64,000 nt of DNA from Sphyrna mokarran (GCA_024679065.1 JAGIQG010000020.1:8804001-8868000), one strand, 5' to 3'; counted from the stretch's first letter, positions 49,955 to 63,654 are shown. Made by a program: numbers and translations. Notes: generated by a model not told the origin, from the letters alone.

Positions 49955-50017
49955 ATTTGCATAACACATCCATGCAGGCGTGATATCTGGTGCTGTAAAT
50001 GTTCTTAAAGAGAGGTT
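49955..50017 (+). promoter_or_regulatory. IgL promoter, cluster 3: octamer ATTTGCAT 49955-49962 plus TTAAAGAGAGGTT 50005-50017
   Basis: Same two motifs and near-identical spacing as clusters 1 and 2. Confidence 0.87.
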
Positions 50018-50086
50018 TAGAAGCTGCCGAATTATTAGATACAAGTAGGGAAATATTTTGTTCTGATCTTGATCAGAATCTACAAA

Positions 50087-50135
50087 ATGAGCCAGTGGTT
50101 TCTTGTTTTCAGCTTTACGGCTCTTTGTTTGCAAT
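50087..50135 (+). CDS. IGLV: Leader exon, cluster 3
   Basis: MSQWFLVFSFTALCLQ, 49 nt like the other leaders, donor T|GTAAGT. Confidence 0.9.
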
Positions 50136-50288
50136 GTAAGTAGGAGTCTGGATTTTTAAAAAAAATCTTTCTCTTCCCCTGATCAAATCAAATCAATCCT
50201 AAATCATACCTTTGATTTGGTCGAAGCAGGACTGCTGAACTGTTTACGGACGAGTCGCGAAGCAATAACATTTTAATTTTGTTTTTAG

Positions 50289-50639
50289 GTACCAATGCTG
50301 CTTCCGTGCTGACTCAATCAACGTCCGTCTTAACTTCACTGGGAAAAACCGCCACAATCACTTGCATCATGTCCGGAGGCAGCATGAGCGGTTACCACAC
50401 CAGCTGGTACTGGCAGAAACCTGACAGATCCCCTGTCTTAGTTTGGAGGGACTATGATTCTTCCAGACCTTCGGGGATTCCTGGGCGATTCACTGGATCG
50501 AAGGACTTATCGAGAAACGTTATGCGGTTAACCATCTCCAATGTAAAGACCGAGGATGTCGCTGTTTATTACTGTGGTGCCTGGGACTACACTGTTGGTG
50601 GATTCGTTTTCGGAAAAGGAACTAAACTCTATGTGGGCG
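50289..50639 (+). CDS. IGLV: Germline-joined VJ exon, divergent lambda/type II cluster 3
   Basis: Acceptor ttttgtttttag|GT; [44 protein letters not shown]...VWRDYDSSRPSGIPGRF...VYYCGAWDYTVGGFVFGKGTKLYVG; donor G|GTAAGT; 351 nt. Confidence 0.96.
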
Positions 50640-52607
50640 GTAAGTACAATTTTCACCATGTGCATCCAAGATTGTTAAACTTCAAATTATCTAGCAGCGT
50701 GGAAATTCTTTAGAACAAACATGGACAATTCATGCATGATGTCTGAGGAATAAGTTTGTTTTCAGTTTGTTGCCAAATCCTCCAGAAAATAGATATTCGA
50801 ATATCTTCGGATTTTTTATTTGGAGCGGCATTGTGATTGAGCTTGCCGAAATTTAAATTTAATGTATCCATAATACGTGTTGACCTGCATGGGGTGCTAT
50901 TGAGAGACATATAGACGCTTGTTATTTATTTTATATCACTTTGCAATGAAAGTAGCCCATGTGGAGTTTTCATATGCATATTAAAAGCTATCATTATGTG
51001 AAATATTTTACAATTACTCTACGCAATGTTATTAAGCATTCAGGGAGTTGGAGCCTTTGCATTTTCTGGGAGTATTCGGTGATCTTTATACTCAGTAGAA
51101 ATAGTTCCGTTGTTGCGACATTTTCAACATTGTGTTTCATATCAATCACTTATTTAAAATTTCACCTGTAAATAATAAATAACAATAATACCTCCCGATT
51201 AGATCAGGAATATTTATATCAATTGCATATTTTAAGAATCCGATGTGCTTTTTGGAGATGGGGTATTGAGGTATCAGCGATTTGTTTTCTAATGTGAGTC
51301 TTTACGAATGAGGACGGCAATCTCTGTTTAGTATGGTAAGTAAAATAAAAAGAAATGGATAGAGAGAGATTAATTGAATTCCACCAAGTTAAACTTCCTT
51401 GGTAATCTCTGAGAGCTCATTGTTCGTCATCAAGAAAGCAAGGCTACTTACTTCCGACAATTGGGCATATGTTTTTCTCTATTTTGTTTCCTCAGTTTAT
51501 AGGAGGGCGCAAAGCAGGAGGTGCTGTGCAATTAATGAAATGGCATTCTTTCCCATCTTTCTCAGCGTGTGCTATAACAGTGTATAAGCATCAGACGTCA
51601 TTCATACGCAGAGTTTACAAGCGCCGAGAGAATAGTACCATCGAATCTGATTCATTTTATATGAATGTTACTGCGAGATCAATGAATAAAAGGAATCCCA
51701 GATTCAAGCGAATGTTTGCAACCTCTTTGCACTATTTCAGGAGCAGCAAAACGACACAATTCGACATTTCTTCCCCTTTCTCGTCCGAATGATTGCCTGA
51801 AAAGAAGCGTTATTTCGAGCTTCTTGCTTGATTTATTATCACCGTGCTTCAAAGAACTTTGTGTGCGATCTGATATTGTGCCACTCAGTATTCCTTTGTA
51901 GTGATATTAGGAAGTAGAAATATTTCACATTTCTGTAGCAAATTATTCGCTCTGTGCTTGGGAACCTAAAATCTGAAATATTGGGAGCATTTAAATCAAG
52001 CATTGTTTGGAGATTAACTTTGCCCGGGGTAGTAGTAGTTCCAGCATTTAATCACAACAAATCGAAAAACAAATCAAGCACTTGAATGGTGCTTTGTAAG
52101 TTGGAACTGTGTGGGACACTTTTCTCTGGAAGGTAGTGTTGGCAGGGGATTGTGGGCACCATTTCATACACCGCTTCAAAATGGATAATTTCCTACATTT
52201 TGACAAGGTATTTACACTTTCGTGTTTCCCCAAATGTATAGCGTATAACTATCACATAGTCACTAATAATTGAGCGAAAAATTCGAGAGATAACGCTGTA
52301 CGCAGCGGCCTGTAATTTTCCGCCCTATGCACTGGGCACTGAGAACAATACCACTGTTTTTAGGGAAGAGATAAACAAATATATTTATTCATTTTTTAAA
52401 CTTTATGCATTAGTGTCATATGCAGGCTAGCAAGCGGGTACAATTTTATCCTTTAAAAAGCATTTAGATAGTTATATGTGTGCGATAGGTATAGAGGGAT
52501 ATGGGCCAAATGCGGGCAATTGGCATTAGGGGTTAGTAAAAAAAGGGCGGCATGGACAAATTGGGTCAATGCTGTAAACCTCTATAGCTCTACGATTCTA
52601 ATAGCAC

Positions 52608-52718
52608 ATGCAATGAAGTTACTGGCAAAATTCCTCGTTGCCACACTCAGGCGCCTGTTCGGGTACACTGATGGAGAATTTCGCAGGGCCAATGCACCTA
52701 ACCAGCACCTCTTTCGGA
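52608..52718 (-). mobile_element. V-SINE 3' fragment in cluster 3 J-C intron
   Basis: Reverse complement of the tail type seen at ~22060-22135. Confidence 0.6.
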
Positions 52719-53266
52719 CGGCACCAGGGAGAAATGAAAGAAGGATCTGGGATCGGATTAGATGCAGTTGGGTGAGAAGAGACTCCGGTGAAGCATAAAT
52801 ATCGCCATAGACCAGTTGGAGAAATTGGTCTGATTCTCCGCTGAATCTTCCGTATAATAAGCCAACTGAGGTTGTCCCCACTGAACGTTGTTGAATTTAC
52901 GTAGCAATGTTCGCCATTCATTTGGTGATGCCGGCACAGTGGTATAGCACTCTGCTGCCTCACAGAGGCGCAAGGTTCGATTCTGTCCTTAGAAAAGGTG
53001 CTTTCTCGGACTGTCAGTGCACTGTAGGGCTGCTTTGTTTTTATGGGAAGAAATTGGGATCGTTAGGGTTTCATCAAAATTCGAATGAATATTATTCGCA
53101 ATGTCCGGTCCCCTCTGATACTCTATAATAAATCTAAGTATCTGTAATTAGCTAAGGTTCTCATGCTCCAACATATAAATTACACAGTTAAATGGAACTT
53201 TTTTTCATTTAGACTGCATCTAATTCGTCGTAGATGTTCATATGTTGTTCCTACTTTTCTTTACAG

Positions 53267-53589
53267 AGCCTAAGGCCCCCACTGTCTCCGTCCTTCCGCC
53301 TTCATCGGATCAAATCAAAGAAAAGGACGAGGCCACACTGGTGTGTTTTCTTAATGGCTTTAATCCGGGAGTTGTGGAGGTTGAATGGACTGTAGATGGC
53401 AGTGTCAGAAGGAATGGGGTTGAGACCAGTCGTGTATTGCAGGAGGTCGACAACACATTTAGTGTGAGCAGTTACCTGACTCTGTCAGCGTCAGAGTGGA
53501 ACTCACACGAGCTTTACTCCTGTGTGGTTAAACACGAGGCTCTAGCAAACCCGCTTCAAACAACTATAGAGAGGTCTAGCTGTACCTGA
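53267..53589 (+). CDS. IGLC: Ig lambda/type II constant exon, cluster 3
   Basis: Acceptor cttttctttacag|AG; PKAPTVSVLPPSS...TLVCFLNGFNPG..EW...YSCVVKHE...SSCT*. Confidence 0.97.
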
Positions 53590-53748
53590 TGCAAGAATAC
53601 TGAGTATTCTTCAGTTATAACCTTATTGAAGGTCAGCGGAGCAAAATTGGAACTTAAAGGTGAATTTTCATTTTAAATGTTGTATTTGAAATAAGAACAA
53701 AAATCCAATAAGTTTATGCCTTACCATTGTGAGGATGTGCTGCAGTGT

Positions 53749-53754
53749 AATAAA
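53749..53754 (+). terminator. Polyadenylation signal, cluster 3
   Basis: AATAAA in gtgtaataaaat context, 160 nt after the stop. Confidence 0.78.
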
Positions 53755-55469
53755 ATTATTCTTTCAGTGTGTCAGTTCATACTATCGTTTATTTACTTCA
53801 AATTTCTTTGAATTTCTGGCCATTTTAAATCTCCTAATCGCGAGGCCGTATTCCTTATAATCTTTTGGACATTTATAGGAAACACTTTCTCGAAATAACG
53901 ATTTTAGAAAATTAATGGTTGGTCACCTGGTACTTATATAACCTATCAAATGCTACATTGGCTTAAATACATTGCATAATGATTGAAATATCTTCAGTCT
54001 GTGACTGAGTTAATCATTCGCCGTTGTTCTGTGTGACCTCAGTGAGGAACTAAATAAAGTCGCAGGACAAGCATTCGAAAAATATATATGGTAATCAGAA
54101 TTCATCAGAATCAAGTGGGAGGCTGAGCTTAAAAATGTACACGTTTTTAAAAGTGTACACGTATCTTAGAATCGATCAAGTACATTGAATGAACAGAGTC
54201 ACCAAGCTGTGGATGTTTGATTAGCGATAGTTACTTTCAAGAAAATGTCGAGTTTGTTGTTTAATTAGGAGAATATTAGCACAAATACATCGTCAGCCGT
54301 GTCGCTGAGTGTCTGGCAGCCGAAGTATTGAGAGTCACCAGCCTCAGCTGCTGCAAAAAAGGTGTTGTCACCTATCAGAATTCTAAAAGCGAAAGTAAAG
54401 TAAGAACAAGGCACAAACTTTGCTTGCCACTGTTGAGTTAGTTGGAGATCGGAAAGAGAAACAAGGAGAGAGGCGCAGCAAATTAAAGTATATGTAATAC
54501 ACGGTAGAAAGCAATACCACAACTGAGGTAGTGCCGAAGCATGCTAATAACTTTAAGTGTATTGAGCAGGCACAAGAAGCTGATTACCAGGGGCCAACGT
54601 GAGGTATTAGCTATTAGCCAGAGGCTGTGACAAGCTGAATTGACTGGTCGTATCAATTGTAACAAAATATTGGCAGACGAAGCAAAACTCAGGGGGTTGT
54701 TACGCAGACAGGCGTTCTGTGGTGCAGACTTCGGTAAAGACTGTCGCTCATGGGTACTAACACTGATTACATTCTGGGATACGTGAGCCAAGACCCGTGA
54801 GCTTGCAAACAGTACAGCAGAACAGGACAAACGCAGAAAGAGCACATGTTACATCTAAAAGAGGATTCACGACAGTAAAAAGAAAATAGGTTAAGTAGAC
54901 AATCGCAGAGTCTGAAGATTGAGGCAAACATGCTTCACTGCACTGTTTTATTGTGAATTTGTCAGTTAAACTGCAGTCTGCGGAATCTTGCACAAGCTGC
55001 CTCCACTTCTTTAGAGGGCCACCGTTGAAAGTGTAAAATCTTTCTTGACCTTATGCCAGTTAACGTCAAAACAGAACATAAATGTTATCGCTGAACACAT
55101 AACGTTTCTTCAATTGATAAACTTAAAGGAGAGGCAGCGAAACAAAATCATCTGTCCAGTGCTTTCCTCAGAGTCTTTCCCTCTTCGCCCACCAATACAG
55201 CCTCGTTTTCTTGAGCACATTCAAAACCCTGCCGATCCACGGTTCGCAGCACTCGCAGCACACCCGTCAGAGGAATATAGGGCCGGTGAAAATGTAGGCT
55301 AGTAAGCCTAACGTATGCCTCTGGGATAATGTTAACATTATTTTAGTGAATATTGGGAGGAGGCTTTGATAACAACAATATAATCAAAAAGAGTCAACAT
55401 AATTTCATAAAAAGTAGATCGTGGCTGACAAATTCATTATCGTCCTTTGAATGCTTTACAGGCAAAAAG

Positions 55470-56615
55470 GAAATCCAGTAGATGTAGACTATTTTGATTT
55501 CCAAAAGCATTGAATAAAATGCCATGTACAGGTTTATTACTGAACATGATAGCGTTGGGTGCACTAAATGAACACAGATAGACGATATGTCAACTAACAT
55601 CTAATCTCGAGTCTGGCAAACGAGCCATTCCTCAATTAGCAAACCAATTAGTGGAGGGTCATACGTTCTGGAGTATCAACTTTTTACAATCTATATCAAG
55701 GGCGAAAAGACCATGTGTATATAACAAATTTGCTGACCATACAAAGGTAATCAAGAAAGCAACTTTCAAGCAGACTAAAAAAGTGTCTGAAAGGGGATAT
55801 AGATGAGATAAGCGAATGGGTAAAATTTACCAATGGAGTATAATATGCAGAAATATGGGTTACCCAATTTGGCGGGAGAAATAGAAAAACTGGGCATTAT
55901 TTACATGGAGAGAGACTGTCGAATTCTTCAGAATAGAGATTCATGAAGCACAAAAGGTTAGCGTGTAGGTACAGCAAGTAATTCGGAAGAAAAATTCAGC
56001 ATTTAATGGAATGGTGAACTTTAAAAATAAGAAAGGTTTGGTATTGCTGATGATATTGATGACACCGTAATTACACTATTTCGCCGTTTGGTCGCTTGAC
56101 TTGAGGAGTAATATTGGTGCATTAGTGAAAGTTGAGGATCAGCTAACAGTTGATTCCGGGGATGATGCCATTACCTCAGGACGAAAGGTTAAGCAAAATG
56201 GGCCTGTCATCGCTGTTCTTTAGAAGAGTGAAAGGTGATCTTAATAAAAAAAGGTTTCAGATTATTGTTAGCAGGTTAAATACTGGGACCATGTTTCTGG
56301 TAGTTGGAGAGTTTAGAACTAGCGGCATTATCTCAGATTCAGGTGTCTCCCATTTAAGATACGAACGACGGAAAATTTATTGTTTTAGAACGTAATCATC
56401 CTTTAGCATTCCATGGGAAATAAGAGTCTGGATCACTGAATATATTCAAGGCAGAGATAGAACGGTTTTTGATCAACATGGGTGTCAATAGTTAAGGGAG
56501 GCAGGCAGGAGATTAGATTTTAGGCAACAATCAAATCAGCCACGATCTTGTTGAATGATGGAGCAGGCTCGAGAGCCAGATTGCCTAACTTTGCTACACT
56601 TCCGTACGTTCTTGT
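55470..56615 (+). mobile_element. Old decayed CR1 LINE
   Basis: gatttccaaaagcatt (DFQKAF-like), aaatttgctgaccatacaaag (KFADHTK); 3' end atcagccacgatcttgttgaatgatggagcaggctcgag. Confidence 0.7.
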
Positions 56616-57999
56616 GATAGTAGGAGGCTTTGTTCCTCGTAAATTAGCTCATTGGCTGCCCTGAATCGTAATGGCCTTGCTCCATTAACTTTACTAATCC
56701 TGCCTCAAAAATTCACTAACCTCGTTAAATGATAAATAAACCGACCTATTTTAATAAAGTTTTGGGTGGAGTCCATTTCGGATTCTCATTTCGCTTTGTA
56801 CCACGAAGTGCACCGCTGAGTGGCACATATGTAATTGTAACGTAAAAGCCCACTTCTCCTGAATTAATTCAGTCATAGAAACCACCTTCATTAGATTCTA
56901 TGCTCACGGAATACACGTCTATGCAGCTAGTTCTTGTAACATTTTAGACATAGTATCATTATGGGTAATTTTTTTCTGTCCGCCTAATTTGGACGTGTAT
57001 TTCCTGAGATGTGCTGCTCAGAAAAGAGCAGATGATTCCACATGTGGTCAAACCAGATATTTATATAACTTTATAATGGTTTCCAGGGGACAGTCAACAC
57101 AGTTGGCTAAATGGTCAACACTGTAAGCTTGATTTCAGCTTTGGATGGACGCCTGCTCATCCCCCCCATCATTGAGTGTGGGCGGCAAGGGCGACACAAC
57201 CAAGGGCGACACATCAGGGAACAATGATTTTGGACAACGAATACAACTATTCATGTACTTCACAGTCGTTTTGAGACAAAAGCCATCTTTTCTACCCGTT
57301 GCAATTTCTTTGTTTCCTGATTTTAACTGGCGGTGGAAGAGGCCATTTGCAGAATGCCATCCCGGTAGACTTCGCTGCGCGAGCAGGATTGGGGAGGAGC
57401 AGTCTCTCCTGAATGAGACTCAAGGTCCATCTGATATGCAAAAGCGGAAGTTTGTGTGGGCAAGTATCAAGCCGTCCAATTTAGTCTTGAGGATGGCAAC
57501 TCAGATGTTTACTTCATTTAGAGTCTATGGATGAGCAAAGGGATTTAGGTAGCTGCATGCAGAAGCCACTCAAAATGATGGAATAGTTGAAAAGGAAAAG
57601 TCAAACAAAGGTACCACTTACCACAGACGCATTGGAATTACAAAGTGAGGGTATGATGCAGGTTTCGTTTTGGATAACGGGGTTGCCTGCGCCGACAACT
57701 AAATAGGTTAGCAGTCCCAACAGCAAGATTTATCTTCTGAAGAAGGGACCGCACAGTAGCCTTCGCAGTGAAAGCCATCGGGCTACCCACCCTACCTTCG
57801 TTTTCCTCTGGGGCACGTGTAATATGGGAGGCGGAATGAATTTCTTCCGTGACCATCACTTAACATCTTAAGGGCTTTAAACTGCCCAAGACTGAGCGGG
57901 CTGCCTGACGCATTCGTTATTCAGTATAATGTGGGTGGCCGGTAGGGAGTGCGTGGGAAGACATTGTGGCCTTATGGTGAGTCGTGATGCTGGGACTGC

Positions 58000-58165
58000 C
58001 ATCCTTAAGTGGCCTGGCCTGCGGGTGATTCCAGAGCCACAGCAATGCAGTTGGTTTTTAAAATGCCCTCTGAAATGCATTCAAGTCAAGGGCAAATGGG
58101 GATGAGAAATGGGAAATGAATACTGTCTCAGCCAGTGACATACGCGTCCCATGAATGAAGAACAA
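58000..58165 (+). mobile_element. SINE/LINE 3' remnant sharing the tail of the 15335-17725 family
   Basis: ccacagcaatg...tgccctctgaaatg...aagggcaa...cagccagtgac..tcccatgaatgaa. Confidence 0.45.
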
Positions 58166-58845
58166 TGGGAAAATTCTGGATTCCTTAATTACAAAAGTAG
58201 TAGCGGCAATTTCAGAAGTCATAATAATATCAAGCAAAGTCACCATTCTTTTAAGAAAGGGAAATCATGTTTAATCAATTTACCGAATTAGCTGAGGACA
58301 TATCAAGCAAATGGGGTAAAAGGGAATATTTTCTACAACCATCGACATCATTAGACTTTCAATTCCAATTTCTTTTAATTCAAATTCCAACATTTGCAAT
58401 GGTGGGATCCGAACACTGGTGGCCGAAGCATTAACCTAAGGACCACTGTGCTACTGCCCATGCATTTTGGACTGATTTCTTTTTCTGGGTACTGCTCCTT
58501 TGAATTGCAGTCATCCTGGCATTATTACATTTTCTAGCTGTGCAGTACCTTTTAGTTATTTCTGTACTCGGATTCTCATTTCTCCGCTCATCCACGGTTC
58601 GTAATTCGCACGTTTCCTGTTTTGATACATGCTGATCATAAATTCTGATGTCAAAGTGGATGACCTAAAACCTTTCTACATTGAACTGTATCATATTACA
58701 TTTAATCCAATCAATAATTCCATCTGTTCCCTTTTTAATTTTTTCCTCGTGTTTATACTATCTATTGTGCTAATAAACTTAGTGTGGTCAGCAAATTTAA
58801 ACGCGAAGCACTGTCTATTTCTTCATTCAAATTATGTTTTTCTGC

Positions 58846-59010
58846 AGCCACCCAATCCATCATTGAGCGATACATTGGCCTGCTGAAGATACGCTTCTAC
58901 TGCTTGAATCTCTCGGGTGTGGGTTGGGGGAGGGGAGGGATGGGCCTCCAGTATGACCCTGTGCATGCTTCACTCATCATTATCATTTGCTGTGCTCTTC
59001 ACAACATAAC
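58846..59010 (+). mobile_element. PIF/Harbinger DDE transposase C-terminal remnant
   Basis: ATQSIIERYIGLLKIRFYCLNLSG...LQYDPVHASLIIIICCALHNI matches the Harbinger/HARBI1 motif IERxxGxLKxRF...CCxLHN. Confidence 0.8.
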
Positions 59011-62000
59011 TAAGTAGAGGAGAGATCAAGTGGAGCAAGCAGAGGAGGAGGGGAGGAGCAGTGAGAGGGTGAAGTGGACGTCTTACCAGATGAAAAGCAG
59101 GAGGAAAGAGGGAAGGCAGTGATGGCAAGTAACTGTTAGGGAAGGGTAGCTTCACCTAGCTGATGCTGTGCGGTGAGAGGGGTGCAACCAACACACATCC
59201 GTCACACTCCAAGAGCAAGTGCAGCCACTATTCCCCCTCCAAACAGACCTGGGCCCTCAAACCACCACATCACCCTTCGTCTGTTTCTGTCATCCTACTA
59301 CCATGTCCCCCAGAAACATCTGCCCCTATTAATATGCCTGGGCTAGCAATTGTTACGAGTCTTGGTTGAAGGCTGATGACTCAGTGTTGTGCACATTGGG
59401 TTCCTGCAACTCCTACCGTACTGTAAATGAATGCTGCCATTCTGGCCCATGTAACTGTAAGGGTTGGGGACAATTATCTTTTGGCCAAGTGGGGAAGGAA
59501 CACTTGCACCAAGAGTCTGGTGGATGTTGGGGAAGATGGGGCAGGCATTCTGAAACATGTGGCTAAGTCTGCAAGGCTCAATAAACAGCGCTTCTATGTT
59601 TGGGAATCTGGAACACTGAGCCGTGGGGGTGAGAGAGAGTGGCCGGTGGGTGGTTGGCGGTGGGGATGGGGAGAAAATCAGAGACGCATTAGTCACAGAG
59701 TGATGTGCAATTAACAGTTTATTATGCTCTTAACATAAATGAGTACCAAACCCTGCCCAATGCTGACCTTCATCTGTGCCCTCTAATGAATACAACTTTC
59801 TAATTTTATGCTGTCCACGGCTTCTTCTCAGTTCTCCCCTAGGATATAAGTGGAGATGCCCACCCATAATTCATGCGCCTTTGCCTGTGATACCCTTGGC
59901 AGATGTTCCCTGGGTGACAAGGACCTGGAGGGGCCCCAACTGACTTGTGGATGGCACTGCTGAGCTGCCACCCTGTTCATCTTGCTGGCCCTGAAATGCC
60001 CCGATGTGAGGAAGGGGGTGTTGGAAAGTCTTGGGACATCCGAGATCTCCAAGTTGGAAGAGTCTGACATGGGGTCTCAAGCCCTTCCTCCTCCCTTGGA
60101 CTGCCTAGAGAGGCCTAGGGCACTCCACGGGACACTAAGGTAGGTATACTGAGCTCGAGAAGCTCCGGCATCACCTGGCTCTGCCAGTCCTGGAGGCCTA
60201 GATATGTCTGCGCTCTGATGTGTGATTCTTCAGCCCTGGCCGTCTGTGATTAGGCCAAGCTCTGGAACCCCTCTGCTACAGTATTCTGTGACTGAACCAG
60301 GCTCTCTATTTTCTAACTGCCAGGAATTACTAGGAAGACAAAATTGCACATAGATCATAGAATGGTTGTTTTATCGTTCCACTTTGGACTCAGATCGTCA
60401 TACGTAATTGGCATGGGGGAGCATTTTGTAAATTGTATCAGGCGAAATTTCTGGATCAATATCTTTATGCCACAATCTCATTGTGGAACATAATGGCAGT
60501 TAGAAAATAGGTTCTGGCCCTCGCCGGGTTGAGTATCTCCTCTTGCCAGCACTGTAAGATTTTCCTTAACCAATATTTCTACAGCTCATCCTTTCTTTTC
60601 TTCCCTAGCTCCTCTGAATGCCCGAAGGATCGGAATATTTAGCTACCAATGCTGACATTTTATGTGGCAAATTCTCGTTCCCGTCAAAACATCATATTCT
60701 CTGGTGTATGCCTCCATCTGCAGTTATCCAATCTCATTACTCACAATCCGTGAGCTTACATCGATGCAGTCTACAATTTAGACTTTATTGCATCCCCTTT
60801 TACTCTGAAGGCAGCTAATGCCTTATTATTTTGTAGTTTACCTCTGTTCGTTTTTCCCAGTTCAGTAATGGGAAAGGGTTTCTATGCATCTGCCTCCCAG
60901 GATAATGTGTGAGTTGCTTTGTCCTTCCAGCCTTTTATTATTTCATCTCAAATTTACAGCAGCCGCAGCATTCTGCTTCCATCTGTCGGAATCTTTTCAG
61001 CTCACACCTACGTGAGAACGCGGAAGCTATAGAGACCAGTTCTCCTGTCAGTCCCAGAGGTCGATTTGAGACCAAATGCGAATATGTCACCCTAAGTACT
61101 GTAATACCAGGGATACAAGCTAAGTATTGTGCCTTCAGCTTCATGCTGCACCCCCTTGGCAATGGACGTTGATATGCTGTCAGGGCAGTGGTTCTACAAG
61201 ATCAATATTTTATTCATTAGGGATACCCCTAGTTTCTCTCTTCTTCCACCATATTTAGTTAGTACTACTACACGATACGGTTGGTTCTAACAAGACCCGA
61301 TTGTCTGACATTACATAAATGCTCTTAAAGAAAATTGGCGACATCGCAAGCTAACCTACCAAACGATTTAAATCTGTTGAAATGTTTCATTTACTTTCCT
61401 AACAACTTTAAATGTATTTATGCCATCACATTTCTCAAGGTTTGCCTTTTTAATGCATAAGCTCAAATCATTGACGAATATGTTAAAGAAAAGGGTCTCA
61501 TGAACGTGACATGAAAGGTTACTACCTTGAAACGTTATTCTGTGCCTATCAGGATGCAAGCAACGTGGTGTTCACATTTAAAACTGTCTATCTATCACAA
61601 AGCTCGCGACCTTACTCATAAACCTTCGTATATTTGATTATTGACAGTTGTTTTTGGAAATGAACATAACAATATATCACAAGTCTGCTTTCATTGTTAC
61701 TAAGACAAATTTTGCCTTTAAAAGTCTCGTTGGCTCTTCTCCAACTGTTAAGATTTTCTTTAAGTGACCGTACACTGCATTCACAATATTACCTTTCTGA
61801 ATTTTACCGACAATTGCTATAAAATGTAATTTCAACATAAACTCAGAGCCTAGTTCAGACCTTCTCAGAAAACTGCTGCCAGACTTTGGGTTTGCTAATC
61901 CACAATTTGATGCTTGGTAGGGTTTTACATGATGCAACTTACATTAAATGGAGACCAAACTGCAGATCAGAGCGAAGGTCATTCATCTGAAACGTTAAGC

Positions 62001-62427
62001 CTCTTCCTGTCATCGCAGGCTCTGCCCCATCAGCTGAATATTTCAAAAATTTACTGAATTTTATTCATAATTTTCAAATTCAGCCCTGCTTTGTTATTGT
62101 AATCAACCATCCGATGTTTTCAATTTAATGAGTCATCAGAGCCAGCAGATCGAACAAGCTAATCCTGACAGGTATACTTTCTGCAGTACCTACATTGGAA
62201 ACAATCTTTAGAGGAATCACGTCCATGAAAACTGTCCGCTAAATACAATATATTTACTGGTGAAAACGTTGAAAATGCATATTTACCGCATGTTCGTTTC
62301 AGGTGCTAAAGTAGGGTAGTATTTAAAATAGCACGACATTCATTTTACAATTGATGTCACTATAAATATCTATGCATTCTGGGATTATATTCACGTGATG
62401 GACCATGGGTTAGATTAGTTCTTCCGG

Positions 62428-62746
62428 TGCACGGTGACACAGTCGTAGGTACCGTCGCCTCACAGCTCCAGCAACCTGGGTTCAATTCCGGCGTATGTTC
62501 TCTTCGTCCGTGCACGGATTTCCGCCCCGTGCTCCTGTTTCCCCCCACAGTCCAAAGATGTGCAAGTCAACTGAACTGACCATGCAAAATTGCTCCTTAA
62601 TATCCAAAACGTGGGATTTCATTCGATTGGTCATAGTAAATATGTGGATTTATAGGGAAAGAACTTGTTAAGACACTTTGTCAGAGAGTCAGTGCGGATT
62701 GGATGGACTGAATGGCCCTTCTGCACGCTACGCATTCTATGTTTCT
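62428..62746 (+). mobile_element. Full-length tRNA-headed V-SINE (HE1-like) with CR1 tail
   Basis: cacggtgacacagt...gcctcacagctccag...ggttcaattcc head; cccacagtccaaagatgtgc core; ggactgaatggcc...attctatg tail. Confidence 0.75.
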
Positions 62747-63654
62747 GTCAGGAAGATACGAAATAGGCAGGAGATGTCAATCAAAAGCTCTTTCAGAAAT
62801 ATCAATTGATTTGCGTAATCATCATAGGTTGTCTGGAGCCCACGTATCTCCAAATAAAGCTGCGAATTAATAATCAAGAAATTGTATTTATTTTTCCACG
62901 AGAAAGCCAAATTTCACTGAAAACTGAGTTTAGGACATGAAATGCGCTGGTGAAGTAATTTATAATACTTAAAGATCGCCCAACAAGAAGAATTGATTGG
63001 TCCAGAGCAAATTGTACATCCACCTGTAACATTATGCTCACATTCACTACCTATTTAGCATTACAAACTGAGAGCTCGCTTGGATTAGGTACTATTCCCA
63101 GAATCGAACAATCTCCTACAACAGCTAACAGAAGTTATATCTGTATGAGGACTTCCTCCCATGTTAATAGAACGAATAAATTAATGAATCTTCCTTGCCC
63201 AAATGTTTGCAGTTTGTTCAATATTAATTATTTCAGCAATAAAATGCTGAATGAAATAATTCAAAAGGTAACTGCAGTCTCCAATCACTTTCGAAGAACG
63301 TATATTTAGGATAGAGACTAAAAGTCAGTAATAAGGAATGTCAATTAAAGGCAATTTACGATGTATTAAACGGTTACGTGAATATTTATACCCAGAATAG
63401 ATAACAATTTGTTTAAGTTGCTCTTATTTCTTTATAAACAATGTTGTACATAACCGTGGTATTTCCTATACTTTTTAAAATGTATATCACGTTCCATGAC
63501 GTACTAGATACGTGAGGTGCATCTACTGGCGTAGTGTTAGATGACGGCGATAAAATCATCGTTTTCGAGCTGATAGATGGGGAACAAAGTATGTGTGTTT
63601 GGTCCCTCCAATGTAGAATAGATCGCATTGGGAGCAATGCATGCAATAGACCAG

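Noticed and set aside
58784-59017. Possible domesticated HARBI1 exon
   Set aside because: Short fragment with a G-rich insertion, no other exons seen, and embedded among decayed repeats; treated as a transposon relic.
61960-62070. Penelope-type terminal repeat remnants that might hold hammerhead ribozymes (also ~20425-20525 and ~40660-40775)
   Set aside because: The CTGANGA catalytic core is not intact in any copy.
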